Assembly: GCA_043809745.1 (NCBI GenBank)
Contig: JBDROU010000046.1
Location: 1,733-65,732 of the forward strand
Source of the DNA: a bacterium
GTDB taxonomy: Bacteria > Elusimicrobiota > JBDRMW01 > JBDROU01
Reading direction: 5' to 3'
DNA length: 64,000 nucleotides
In this document: positions 1 to 7,936 of the stretch, one piece after another
How the letters are laid out: every line of letters begins with the position of its first letter
How positions within the stretch are numbered: position 1 is the stretch's first letter
Notes under the pieces: model-generated
Told to the model about the DNA's origin: nothing
The model's input: only the letters and a program-made list of their open reading frames with translations
The model's database searches: none
Program-made: the position numbers and the translations under genes

Positions 1-677
1 GAATAGGCTGCAGGAGAACAGCTGCATTTTATGGCTTTTTTATGCATTCCATTTGTCAGTTCAAGCACATCTATTCCAATTGCGATTTGAGGTTCTCTGC
101 CTTTCTCAAAGATTAAGCCTATTGGTTTCATGTTTTTTCCTTCAGAAATAACAAAAAAACCACCACCGACACGCTGACCCACATAGAGCATCGGTGCTTC
201 ATCACGTTCACCCTCACCATTTACTATCTCCGCTAAAAGCCATGTTAGCGCATTATAATATAACTCATACCAGTGCGCGGCTTCTCCATCAGCTTGTTCC
301 TTTGTAAACTTGTTTCCTGTATCATTAACCCACTTATAAAGGTGACAGGCAACAATACCGTGCACATGGATCAATTCTGGTATTCTTGATGCGATTGGCC
401 TGTTGTCTTCGTTCTCCGTAGTAATTCGTGGCACTGCAATCTCTTCGACTGATTTTATGCTCAAAAATAAGTCATCTTCTGGAATAAATCCTGCTCCATA
501 CTTTCTTTCTTCGTAAAAGAAATTATTGTTTACTCCCTTTAAACCATCTGCAATTCCTTCATTAGAACTTTGCGATATTGGCGGAGCAAGAAATATATTT
601 CCGCCAAAAACTCTAGTCGACAAATCCCCGCATAATAACCCAACAATACAAAGTAAACAAAAAATCCTTTTGCGCAT
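1..677 (-). CDS. Hypothetical secreted protein. Start codon is in the window; the 3' end is truncated by the window edge
   Basis: Minus-strand reading frame runs from ATG (revcomp at 675-677) to the window edge. Strong SD 'AAGGAGGG' lies 6 nt upstream. N-terminus 'MRKRIFCLLCIVGLLCG' is a signal peptide followed by 'GNIFLAPPISQ'. No recognisable catalytic family. The ORF track missed it because it is open at the edge. Confidence 0.6.
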   Translation of the reverse strand, partial: MRKRIFCLLCIVGLLCGDLSTRVFGGNIFLAPPISQSSNEGIADGLKGVNNNFFYEERKYGAGFIPEDDLFLSIKSVEEIAVPRITTENEDNRPIASRIPELIHVHGIVACHLYKWVNDTGNKFTKEQADGEAAHWYELYYNALTWLLAEIVNGEGERDEAPMLYVGQRVGGGFFVISEGKNMKPIGLIFEKGREPQIAIGIDVLELTNGMHKKAIKCSCSPAAY

Positions 678-974
678 AAAACCCTCCTTAAAATCATTCG
701 CTGAATGTGTCATATATTATATACAAAAAGCAAATTAATTTAATGTAAAATTCCTGTAAAATTTTTTAGATATCTAAAACGGTGGCCGCTCTAAAAGTAG
801 GGTATTTTCCCGTCGGAATTACGGACGTGAAATGGAATAGCCGGATAGGGACAGGTTCATTTTTTGGTTTTTTTTATTTTCAGGACAGAAGTTTTTTTTC
901 GACCACGGCCAGCCAATAGTTTAACAGATATAGACTTGACCAGTTAAAACATTCTCTAAAAATTAAGCGCTTTA

Positions 975-1406
975 TTACTCATAAATTGCATCTAAATTTA
1001 TTAAAAATATATTTATTTCCTTACCACCCTTTGAGCTGACACTCTGCCATTCTAGAATTATTCTATCTATATCGCCCGATTTTGAATTGCTTTTTTTCTC
1101 AAGTCCAAAATCCGAAAAAATATTCCTTAATTCCGTCGTGCTATACTGAGGAAATTCGCTCGCGTATTTTTGACTGTAAATCTTTTTTCTGCCTGAGTGA
1201 ATTCCATCACTATTAATTCCCCCATTTGGAATCAATTCAATTCTATCTGAATTAGCACTAAATGAATTCTTTACAGTATTATTGCCGGATGGTGGCGCAA
1301 GAAAAAAATAAAAGCTGGCAAAGCAGTACATGGAGAAATTAGAAAATGATATCAAAGCACTTATCAACAAAATAATCTCGAAGTATTTCATATTTTTATC
1401 ATACAT
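975..1406 (-). CDS. Small secreted hypothetical protein (143 aa, or 138 aa from the internal ATG at 1391)
   Basis: ORF carries a hydrophobic signal peptide 'MKYFEIILLISALISFSNFSMYCFA' followed by 'SFYFFLAPPSGNN'. A weak AGGGAA lies before the ATG at 1406. No family recognised. Confidence 0.45.
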   Translation of the reverse strand: MYDKNMKYFEIILLISALISFSNFSMYCFASFYFFLAPPSGNNTVKNSFSANSDRIELIPNGGINSDGIHSGRKKIYSQKYASEFPQYSTTELRNIFSDFGLEKKSNSKSGDIDRIILEWQSVSSKGGKEINIFLINLDAIYE

Positions 1407-1546
1407 ATGTTCCCTGATTGTATTGAAGACTTGTAATGAGTAAAATCAAAATATCGGTTCATTTAGAAATTCCAAATATCTGAAATAAGCTTATTAACTT
1501 CCTAAAAATATATCGGGCAAAGAAATAGATTTACAATGTAGTCTAT

Positions 1547-4468
1547 CTACAGAGATTGCTCAAAAAGGCGGCTACCGGAGCGAAAATTTGGGTTTTGAGG
1601 CGAAGCCAAGTTTTGCTCGGGAATAAATGGAGGAAGCACCCCATATTCGGCAAGTACCCGCAATACCTCGGCAATGCTCCAGGCCTGAGATCTCGTTCCG
1701 CCCGGCCGATGTGGAGCATTTCCATCAAAAACCTCAGGTAGCGATGATGCGTAAAAAGTCATTAAAAATTCTATAAGTGGTGTCATTTCTGTTTGAATGC
1801 TTTTTGTAATATTTCGGCGATCGACACTTTGATTAATTTGCACTTTAGCAAATGCATCAATATACGCACCCATTAGCCATGGCCATACCGTACCCTGATG
1901 GTAAGCTTTGTCTTTTATTTCAGGTCTTCGTTTAATATCATATTTCCCTTTATAATGTGAATCCCGGGGAGACAATGTTCGCAATCCATATGGCGTAAGC
2001 AAATCCTTTTGCACACATTCAAGCACTTTCTTTTGCCGTTCAGGACTCAGTAAGCTTCCTCCATGGCTTACTGCGAATATCATATTAGGACGTATCGCCC
2101 CTGAATGTTTGTCACGGTTATTTTTAACCGGTACAAAATCATACAGCGCCTGTTCATTCTCATTCCAGAATTTCTTATTAAAGGAATCTTTCACCTTCAA
2201 TGCAAGTATTTCATACTCCTCTACTTGTTTCTTATCACCTATAGTATCCTCAAGAAATGCAAGAAGCTTAAGATTGGCAAACCAGAGAGCATTAATTTCG
2301 ACACATTTTCCGTCGCGCGGAGTTACAGGATTATCATCCCCCCGGGGATCGGCATCCATCCATGTAGCCTGCGGGGGGCTTACGATGAGTCCGTCTTCAT
2401 CCATATAAATTCGCTGCTGTACACCATAACGCTCATATGCCGTACCCAGTTTGTAATGTCTCATAATATTTCTCATTGCATCAAAGAGTGTCTTGCCTTC
2501 ATCAATTTCTACGGTTAAAAAAGTTGTATCTCCGGGATTATACTCCATATATTTTTTTACCGCTTGAATGAACCAGAGGGAGCCATCAACCGTATTATAT
2601 TCATTCCTCTCCGGATGAGCAGGATCCGGTATTCTGTTAGGGATAATGCCGTTTTGCTCATACCGGGCGAAACGGTATATAATATCCTTTGCAACTTTAA
2701 AACGACTGGTTGCAAGCAGTATTCCCGGAAGTGATATAAATACATCCCTCCCCCACTCTTCAAAAAACCAATCCCAGCTTGCGGCCCACAGCTCCGGACT
2801 GCCATCAGTTTTATAGTTTACAAAAGTATCCGCAGCGTCAAGTAGAGTCTGACTGATAGCATCAGACGCCTGCCAGACATCTCCCTCATCAATAGCTTTT
2901 TGAGCAGCTAGGTAATTAGTAGCATCATACCGGACTCTGTTATGATAATCAGCATCTCTCTCCAAAGGAACTCTCCATTGCCAGTAGGATTTTCCGTCTT
3001 TTACATCTTTTACATTAAAGGGATCCCCCCACTGATCACCCAAGGTAAAGCTGATAAAGCGAGCGCTTTCCCCCGGGAACTTCTGCGAGTGCACATCACG
3101 AAATCTCTTCTTAAAGGCAACCACCGGGTGCTTAGCACCATTGTAGAAGCGGGGATCATCATGGTAACTCAGATGCTTCCAGTCACCCCCAACCGTTAAA
3201 AAACCTTGCTTCTGAACGATGCCAGATTTATTTTCATACGCTTCCGCAAGCGGTAACGCCCCATATTCTTCGGCAAGTGCCGCTAATGCAGCTACGAAAT
3301 CGTCACCTGGCTCATCGCCCGGTTTATCCCCCACATAACGTTTTCCGAAAAACGAGTACGCAAAATGCATCGCATCACACCGCATCCCGTCAAATCCCAT
3401 CGCCAGCCAGTACCGTACCTGATTCAAAATAAATGCATAATTATCTTTTTTGAGCTCTTTCCAGTTCCAACTCGCTAAATCCTGCCAAACCTCTACAATA
3501 TCGTCCCGCTCAATTCCCGGATGGCTATCACCATCAGCACCATTCAGAAAGTTTTGAGGATTCTTCCATACATCAACGCTGTGTTTGCACCGAAAGAAAG
3601 GCAAATCAAATAATACGTGACCTCTTAACTGTTTCGTTTCTTTCAGAGCAGATTGCAGCTGCTGAGAGGCAACCCACTGCTTATACTTGTACATCCAGCA
3701 CAATTCATCAAATGAAGAATCGCGTTTCGCCTGCGCTATTATTCCCTCAGTCCACTTATTTGCAGGTATAAAGGTATGATCTTTCAGGTTGACTAAACTA
3801 TCAATCGCCTTGAACTCAGCATATTCCTCAATCCAGAATTTGTTCTCTTCAACGTATGTCATAAACTCTGTATAGCGAGCATTATCCGTATAAAAAACAT
3901 TTTTAAATCTTTTGGATGCTAGTTTTGCAATTATGCCTTCTCTTGTCTCAATTTCACGGTAGTGAACTGATTGCTGTTCAGCATTTTGAGCGAAGAGTAA
4001 TTCCCTTAATGCATTATTTTCAAGTAATAGCTGCTTGACCTCGGGTATCTCAGACCAGTCAATATATAATTCATTTAAGGCATACATACTAATAGGAGCG
4101 TAAGGGCTTTCGTCAGATATGGCAAAATGTGGCAGCAGTAAAATAGTGTCTACACCCTGCGGTAAAAGCACCTCTCTATAATAACGCGGAAAATCCGTAA
4201 ATTTACCAATACCGGGATCATTACCCTCTTTGCGAAGCGAGTAGAGCGGCAGACTTACCGCAAGGTGATTTTTTGAGGGATCCTGCCACCAACGCTGATT
4301 ATTAACGGATGAGCTGGGAACTGACTGCATAAAAATATGTGCGCTATGCTTTAATACGGTATCACGCGCTCCCGCAGGCGCAAGCAAATTTCCCGCAGAA
4401 ATCCCGAGAGGATTAATAAGGCAAAGAAGAATAAGCAGTAAAAATGGTGTTTTAATTCTATTAAGCAT
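1547..4468 (-). CDS. Secreted bifunctional alpha-glucan debranching-type enzyme: N-terminal GH77 4-alpha-glucanotransferase (amylomaltase) domain fused to a C-terminal GH133/GDE_C amylo-alpha-1,6-glucosidase-like domain
   Basis: 973 aa with signal peptide 'MLNRIKTPFLLLILLCLINPLGISA'. GH77 hallmarks: 'LLLPHFAISDESPYAPISMYALNELYID' (the SPY...ALN.LYID amylomaltase motif), 'HVLFDLPFFRCKHSVDVWKNP' (cf. GDLPIYVA.DSADVW) and 'MRCDAMHF'. C-terminal ~400 aa 'WFFEEWGRDVFISLPGILLATSRFKVAKDIIYRFARYEQNGIIPN...NTVDGSLWFIQAV' matches the GDE_C (glycogen debranching enzyme C-terminal, GH133) pattern. Confidence 0.8.
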   Translation of the reverse strand: MLNRIKTPFLLLILLCLINPLGISAGNLLAPAGARDTVLKHSAHIFMQSVPSSSVNNQRWWQDPSKNHLAVSLPLYSLRKEGNDPGIGKFTDFPRYYREVLLPQGVDTILLLPHFAISDESPYAPISMYALNELYIDWSEIPEVKQLLLENNALRELLFAQNAEQQSVHYREIETREGIIAKLASKRFKNVFYTDNARYTEFMTYVEENKFWIEEYAEFKAIDSLVNLKDHTFIPANKWTEGIIAQAKRDSSFDELCWMYKYKQWVASQQLQSALKETKQLRGHVLFDLPFFRCKHSVDVWKNPQNFLNGADGDSHPGIERDDIVEVWQDLASWNWKELKKDNYAFILNQVRYWLAMGFDGMRCDAMHFAYSFFGKRYVGDKPGDEPGDDFVAALAALAEEYGALPLAEAYENKSGIVQKQGFLTVGGDWKHLSYHDDPRFYNGAKHPVVAFKKRFRDVHSQKFPGESARFISFTLGDQWGDPFNVKDVKDGKSYWQWRVPLERDADYHNRVRYDATNYLAAQKAIDEGDVWQASDAISQTLLDAADTFVNYKTDGSPELWAASWDWFFEEWGRDVFISLPGILLATSRFKVAKDIIYRFARYEQNGIIPNRIPDPAHPERNEYNTVDGSLWFIQAVKKYMEYNPGDTTFLTVEIDEGKTLFDAMRNIMRHYKLGTAYERYGVQQRIYMDEDGLIVSPPQATWMDADPRGDDNPVTPRDGKCVEINALWFANLKLLAFLEDTIGDKKQVEEYEILALKVKDSFNKKFWNENEQALYDFVPVKNNRDKHSGAIRPNMIFAVSHGGSLLSPERQKKVLECVQKDLLTPYGLRTLSPRDSHYKGKYDIKRRPEIKDKAYHQGTVWPWLMGAYIDAFAKVQINQSVDRRNITKSIQTEMTPLIEFLMTFYASSLPEVFDGNAPHRPGGTRSQAWSIAEVLRVLAEYGVLPPFIPEQNLASPQNPNFRSGSRLFEQSL

Positions 4469-4513
4469 AATTATAAAAAGTCTTCTAAATCTAAATCAGA
4501 ATATATATAAATA

Positions 4514-4540
4514 ATTATAGTTTTTTTATATTAAATGCAA
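4514..4540 (-). promoter_or_regulatory. Candidate sigma70-type promoter for the minus-strand GH77/GH133 gene (TTGCAT-N15-TATAAT)
   Basis: On the minus strand TTGCAT (revcomp of 4535-4540) and TATAAT (revcomp of 4514-4519) lie ~45 nt upstream of the ATG at 4468. The region is AT-rich, so chance matches are likely. Confidence 0.3.
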
Positions 4541-4654
4541 GTAAAATAATTGTAAATTTTTTCAAATATTTTAATCCGGAGATTGCTCATCGGACTACTG
4601 CTTTTTGAGAGAACTCTAATCAGAGATTTTGACATAATGTGCCTTAAAAAACAT

Positions 4655-4684
4655 TTGACTTATGATAGAATATTTTGTATAAAT
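4655..4684 (+). promoter_or_regulatory. Candidate sigma70 promoter of the T2SS operon: TTGACT-N17-TATAAAT
   Basis: TTGACT at 4655-4660, exact 17-nt spacer, TATAAA(T) at 4678-4684. It sits ~80 nt upstream of the first operon gene in the divergent intergenic region. Confidence 0.45.
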
Positions 4685-4690
4685 ATAGCC

Positions 4691-4710
4691 AGCTCTCTAC
4701 TCAGAGAGCT
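4691..4710. promoter_or_regulatory. Perfect 8-bp-arm palindrome AGCTCTCT-actc-AGAGAGCT just downstream of the -10 element; candidate operator or 5'-leader hairpin
   Basis: Seen directly in sequence. It lies between the predicted promoter and the small MerR-like HTH gene. Confidence 0.3.
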
Positions 4711-4764
4711 AATCTAAAATTAATTAATATATTTTATAGATAATTTGCACTTGCAGGAGGTAAA

Positions 4765-4983
4765 TTGAAGCAGTATTTTCTTGTAAAAGATCTGGCCAGA
4801 ACCACTGGGAACTCGGTTTATACCATTAAATATTATTACAAGCTCGGTCTTCTTAATGAGATAGGCCGGACTCCGCATACCAATTTCAAGATATTTGATT
4901 CCAAAGCAGTTTCCCAATTAAAAAAAATACGAGCTTTAAGGAAAAAAGGAAGATCACTGCAAGTGATCAAAAAACTATTATGA
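4765..4983 (+). CDS. Small MerR-family HTH protein (HTH only, 72 aa), first gene of the T2SS operon
   Basis: TTG start 5 nt after AGGAGG. 'LVKDLARTTGNSVYTIKYYYKLGLL' is a MerR/excisionase-type helix-turn-helix. Its stop overlaps the next gene as ATGA (4980), suggesting translational coupling. Confidence 0.55.
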   Translation: MKQYFLVKDLARTTGNSVYTIKYYYKLGLLNEIGRTPHTNFKIFDSKAVSQLKKIRALRKKGRSLQVIKKLL

Positions 4984-5807
4984 GCTATTTCAAAGCCTTG
5001 GGCCTGGAAAAAGAGCCGTTTTCAACAAGCCCGGACCCTGAATTTTTTTATAAATCCAAAGATCACCAATCAGCGCTTTCGCGCCTGGAGATTGCAATCA
5101 GGCTTAAACGCGGACTCAATTTAATACTTGGTGACGTAGGCACCGGTAAAACCACGCTGGGCAGGATACTCGTACAGCGTTTTAACAAGGAAGGTAATTT
5201 CATTTTTCATTTAATGCTTGATCCCGGGCACAAATCAGAATATTTATTCCTTCAAAATGTCTGCAAAATGTTTGGCATTAAAGGAAACTTAAGATCGAGC
5301 ATAGATTTTCAGGATGCCATAAAGGATTATCTGTTCGAAAAAGGAGTCAAGGAAAAGAAAACAATAGTACTGCTTATAGATGAGGGCCAGAAACTTTCAC
5401 TCCCCCTTCTCGAGATACTGCGCATATTTCTTAATTATGAAACCAATGAGTACAAACTTCTGCAATTGGTTATATTGGCCCAGCTTGAGATAATCCCAAA
5501 AGTAGAAAGGGTGAAGAATTTTAATGACAGAATAAATCTTAAATACAGCATAAATCCGTTCGATGAATCAGAAACTGCAGAGATGATATATTATAGGCTT
5601 AAAAAAGCAGGTTATAAAGGAAACTCACCATTATTTGAAAAAGATGCTGTACAATCAATCTATAATCACACCAAAGGCTATCCCAGACAGATTTCATTGC
5701 TCTGCCACAACTGCCTTGAATATCTGGTAATGCACGATAAATCATCCGTATCAAAGGATTTGGTAAAAATATTAATCGATGAGGATAGAAAAATTAATGG
5801 CAAATAA
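4980..5807 (+). CDS. gspA: Type II secretion ATPase-like protein ExeA/GspA (AAA_22 family)
   Basis: Walker A 'GDVGTGKTTL' and Walker B 'VLLIDEGQ'. The N-terminus 'FGL..EPF....DP.FFY.S..H..AL..L' is typical of ExeA/GspA. Position at the head of a gsp operon supports the call. Confidence 0.7.
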   Translation: MSYFKALGLEKEPFSTSPDPEFFYKSKDHQSALSRLEIAIRLKRGLNLILGDVGTGKTTLGRILVQRFNKEGNFIFHLMLDPGHKSEYLFLQNVCKMFGIKGNLRSSIDFQDAIKDYLFEKGVKEKKTIVLLIDEGQKLSLPLLEILRIFLNYETNEYKLLQLVILAQLEIIPKVERVKNFNDRINLKYSINPFDESETAEMIYYRLKKAGYKGNSPLFEKDAVQSIYNHTKGYPRQISLLCHNCLEYLVMHDKSSVSKDLVKILIDEDRKINGK

Positions 5808-6465
5808 ACCTTCCCCTGAAGAGAAGCTGCTTAATTTAATAAGAGGCAAAAATAGCAAAAAGGTCATATTTTCACATATTGGATCAATATCCATATCATT
5901 ATTAAATACATTAAAATCCAAATTTGCTCCTGTATTAAACAAAATTAAAAGTGCGAGCAATAGATTTTCATTAAAACTAAAAAACCGATTATTATTTTAT
6001 GTTAACCGGCTGCTTACAGCGATTGTATGCATACTACTCATTATAATGGCTCTAAACATATTCTCTACACCTCAAAATATAAGACTTCTTAAAAACATAG
6101 AGAATGAAGAAAGCGTCAAATCAGCAAAAAACACAGTTCAAACTGTTGAATCAAAACCTTTTCCTTATTACTTAAGCAGAATCAGCGGCAGGAAACTATT
6201 CAAGATATACAAAGCAAAACCTGAAATAAAAAAAATCGAGAAAAAAGAAAACCCGGTCCTGCTTGAGCTTACAAATGGTTTATTTTTAAGCGGTATAATC
6301 TCTGACGGCAGCAGATTACAGGCAGTTATAACAGATCAAAAACGGAACCAGACATATTTTCTTTATGACGGAGATTATATAGGTGAAATAAAAATTGAAA
6401 ATATTCTACAAAATGAAGTAGTTGTCAGCTATAGAGGCGAGACCACATCCATTAATATGCGCTAA
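5779..6465 (+). CDS. gspC: GspC/PilP-like inner-membrane protein: single TM plus a C-terminal HR (secretin-interacting) domain, no PDZ
   Basis: TM segment 'LLTAIVCILLIIMALNIF'. C-terminus 'LFLSGIISDGSRLQAVITDQ...YFLYDGDYIGEIKIENILQNEVVVSYRGETTSINM' fits the GspC HR / PilP beta-sandwich pattern. It lies immediately upstream of the secretin gene, as gspC normally does. Confidence 0.5.
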   Translation: MRIEKLMANKPSPEEKLLNLIRGKNSKKVIFSHIGSISISLLNTLKSKFAPVLNKIKSASNRFSLKLKNRLLFYVNRLLTAIVCILLIIMALNIFSTPQNIRLLKNIENEESVKSAKNTVQTVESKPFPYYLSRISGRKLFKIYKAKPEIKKIEKKENPVLLELTNGLFLSGIISDGSRLQAVITDQKRNQTYFLYDGDYIGEIKIENILQNEVVVSYRGETTSINMR

Positions 6466-6476
6466 GGAGGCAGAAT

Positions 6477-7916
6477 ATGTTGCGTTTAATTATTGCAGTA
6501 ATATTTATGTTGAGTATAGCTCCGGTTGATTATTCTTTTGCAACGGAAGAATTTCCCCCTTTACCTGAGCTGTTGTCGAATGAGGATGGGCCGGGTGAAG
6601 AAATTATACAAGAACCTCAAATATCACCTCCACCTCCTGCCGCAGTTTCGGAAAGTTATCGTAGCAAAATCGAAGCTCCAGACAGCCTGTCAAACAGGAA
6701 AATCTCGCTTGAGCTGCGCAGTATGGATATCATTAATGTTTTTAAAATACTTTCCGATAAAAGCGGCCTGAAAATAATAGCAGGCAAAAATGTTAGAGGT
6801 ACGGTTAGTTTGTTTCTAAAAGACGTAGATGTATTCAAGGCATTAACAATGATACTTGAAACTAACGAACTGGCCTATGAGCTCGATGACAGCATAATAA
6901 AAGTAACCACAGCGATGGAATACGAGAAAGCATACGGTAGAAAGTTCAATGACAAAAGGGACATACAGGTGGTAAAGCTTAATCACGCAAAAGCCGCTGA
7001 TTTATTAGCATTATTAAACAAATTAAAAACAAACGTCGGCGAAATAATACATGATGAAAGAATGAACAGTTTAGTGATAGTAGACCTGCCGGAAGCGATA
7101 GAAGAAATCATGAAAGTCATCAAAATGATCGATCACCCTGATAAACAGGTCTTGATAGAAGCCAAGATCGTTCAAATACTGCTTAATGATGATTTTAAGA
7201 TGGGTGTCGATTGGCAGTATGTATTCAGCGAGATAAACGAACGCAAAGTTGAAGGCGGCGTCAAAGGCAACTTTAATATACTTGCCAACAGCGCTCTCGG
7301 GGCGCAATTCGATATAGGAACAATTGAAATAGACAATTATGCAGCTATGCTTAAAGTCCTGGAAACAGTAGGAGAAACCAACCTCGTTTCCACACCTAGA
7401 ATAACTACCATCAACAATACTGAAGCAAGAATATTGGTAGGCACAAAAGAAGCTTATGTAACCTCTGAAACTACATCAACCGGCAGCGGGGTAGTTACCA
7501 CAGCAGAATCCGTCACATTTGTAGACGTAGGTGTTAAGCTCTTCGTAACCCCTACGATAGGTGAAGATAATTTTATAAAAATGAAGATCAGGCCGGAAGT
7601 AAGCTCGGTTGACAGGGAAATGACCACGGGGCAGGGCAACAGCATACCGATAGTGCGCACATCCGAAACCGAAACTACTGTATTAGTAAAAGACGGCGTT
7701 AGTATAGTTATCGCAGGATTGATTGAGGACAGAAAATTAGACACGCAAAGTCAGATCCCGATATTAGGGCATATACCTATATTAGGATATTTATTCAGAA
7801 GTACAAGCAAAGTAAAAGCAAAAACTGATCTCGTGGTTTTTTTAACCCCTCACATAGTAAATGGGAATATAAAATCAGAAGAATTTGACAAATATTTCCC
7901 TAAAGATAAAGAATAA
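6477..7916 (+). CDS. gspD: Secretin (type II secretion system protein D / PilQ-like), short form
   Basis: RBS GGAGG and a signal peptide. Secretin_N-like domain 'ISLELRSMDIINVFKILSDKSGLKIIAGKNVRGTVSLFLKDVDVFKALTMILE' and a canonical secretin C-domain ending '...DLVVFLTPHIV'. Confidence 0.85.
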   Translation: MLRLIIAVIFMLSIAPVDYSFATEEFPPLPELLSNEDGPGEEIIQEPQISPPPPAAVSESYRSKIEAPDSLSNRKISLELRSMDIINVFKILSDKSGLKIIAGKNVRGTVSLFLKDVDVFKALTMILETNELAYELDDSIIKVTTAMEYEKAYGRKFNDKRDIQVVKLNHAKAADLLALLNKLKTNVGEIIHDERMNSLVIVDLPEAIEEIMKVIKMIDHPDKQVLIEAKIVQILLNDDFKMGVDWQYVFSEINERKVEGGVKGNFNILANSALGAQFDIGTIEIDNYAAMLKVLETVGETNLVSTPRITTINNTEARILVGTKEAYVTSETTSTGSGVVTTAESVTFVDVGVKLFVTPTIGEDNFIKMKIRPEVSSVDREMTTGQGNSIPIVRTSETETTVLVKDGVSIVIAGLIEDRKLDTQSQIPILGHIPILGYLFRSTSKVKAKTDLVVFLTPHIVNGNIKSEEFDKYFPKDKE

Positions 7917-7936
7917 TTAAACGACTGGAGAAAACA

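Noticed and set aside
526-738. 70-aa plus-strand ORF
   Set aside because: It is antisense to the strongly supported minus-strand secreted-protein gene (1-677) and spans its start region.
2105-3199. Several 80-137-aa ORFs on both strands inside 1547-4468
   Set aside because: They are antisense or alternative-frame artefacts inside the GH77/GH133 gene, which has clear family motifs.
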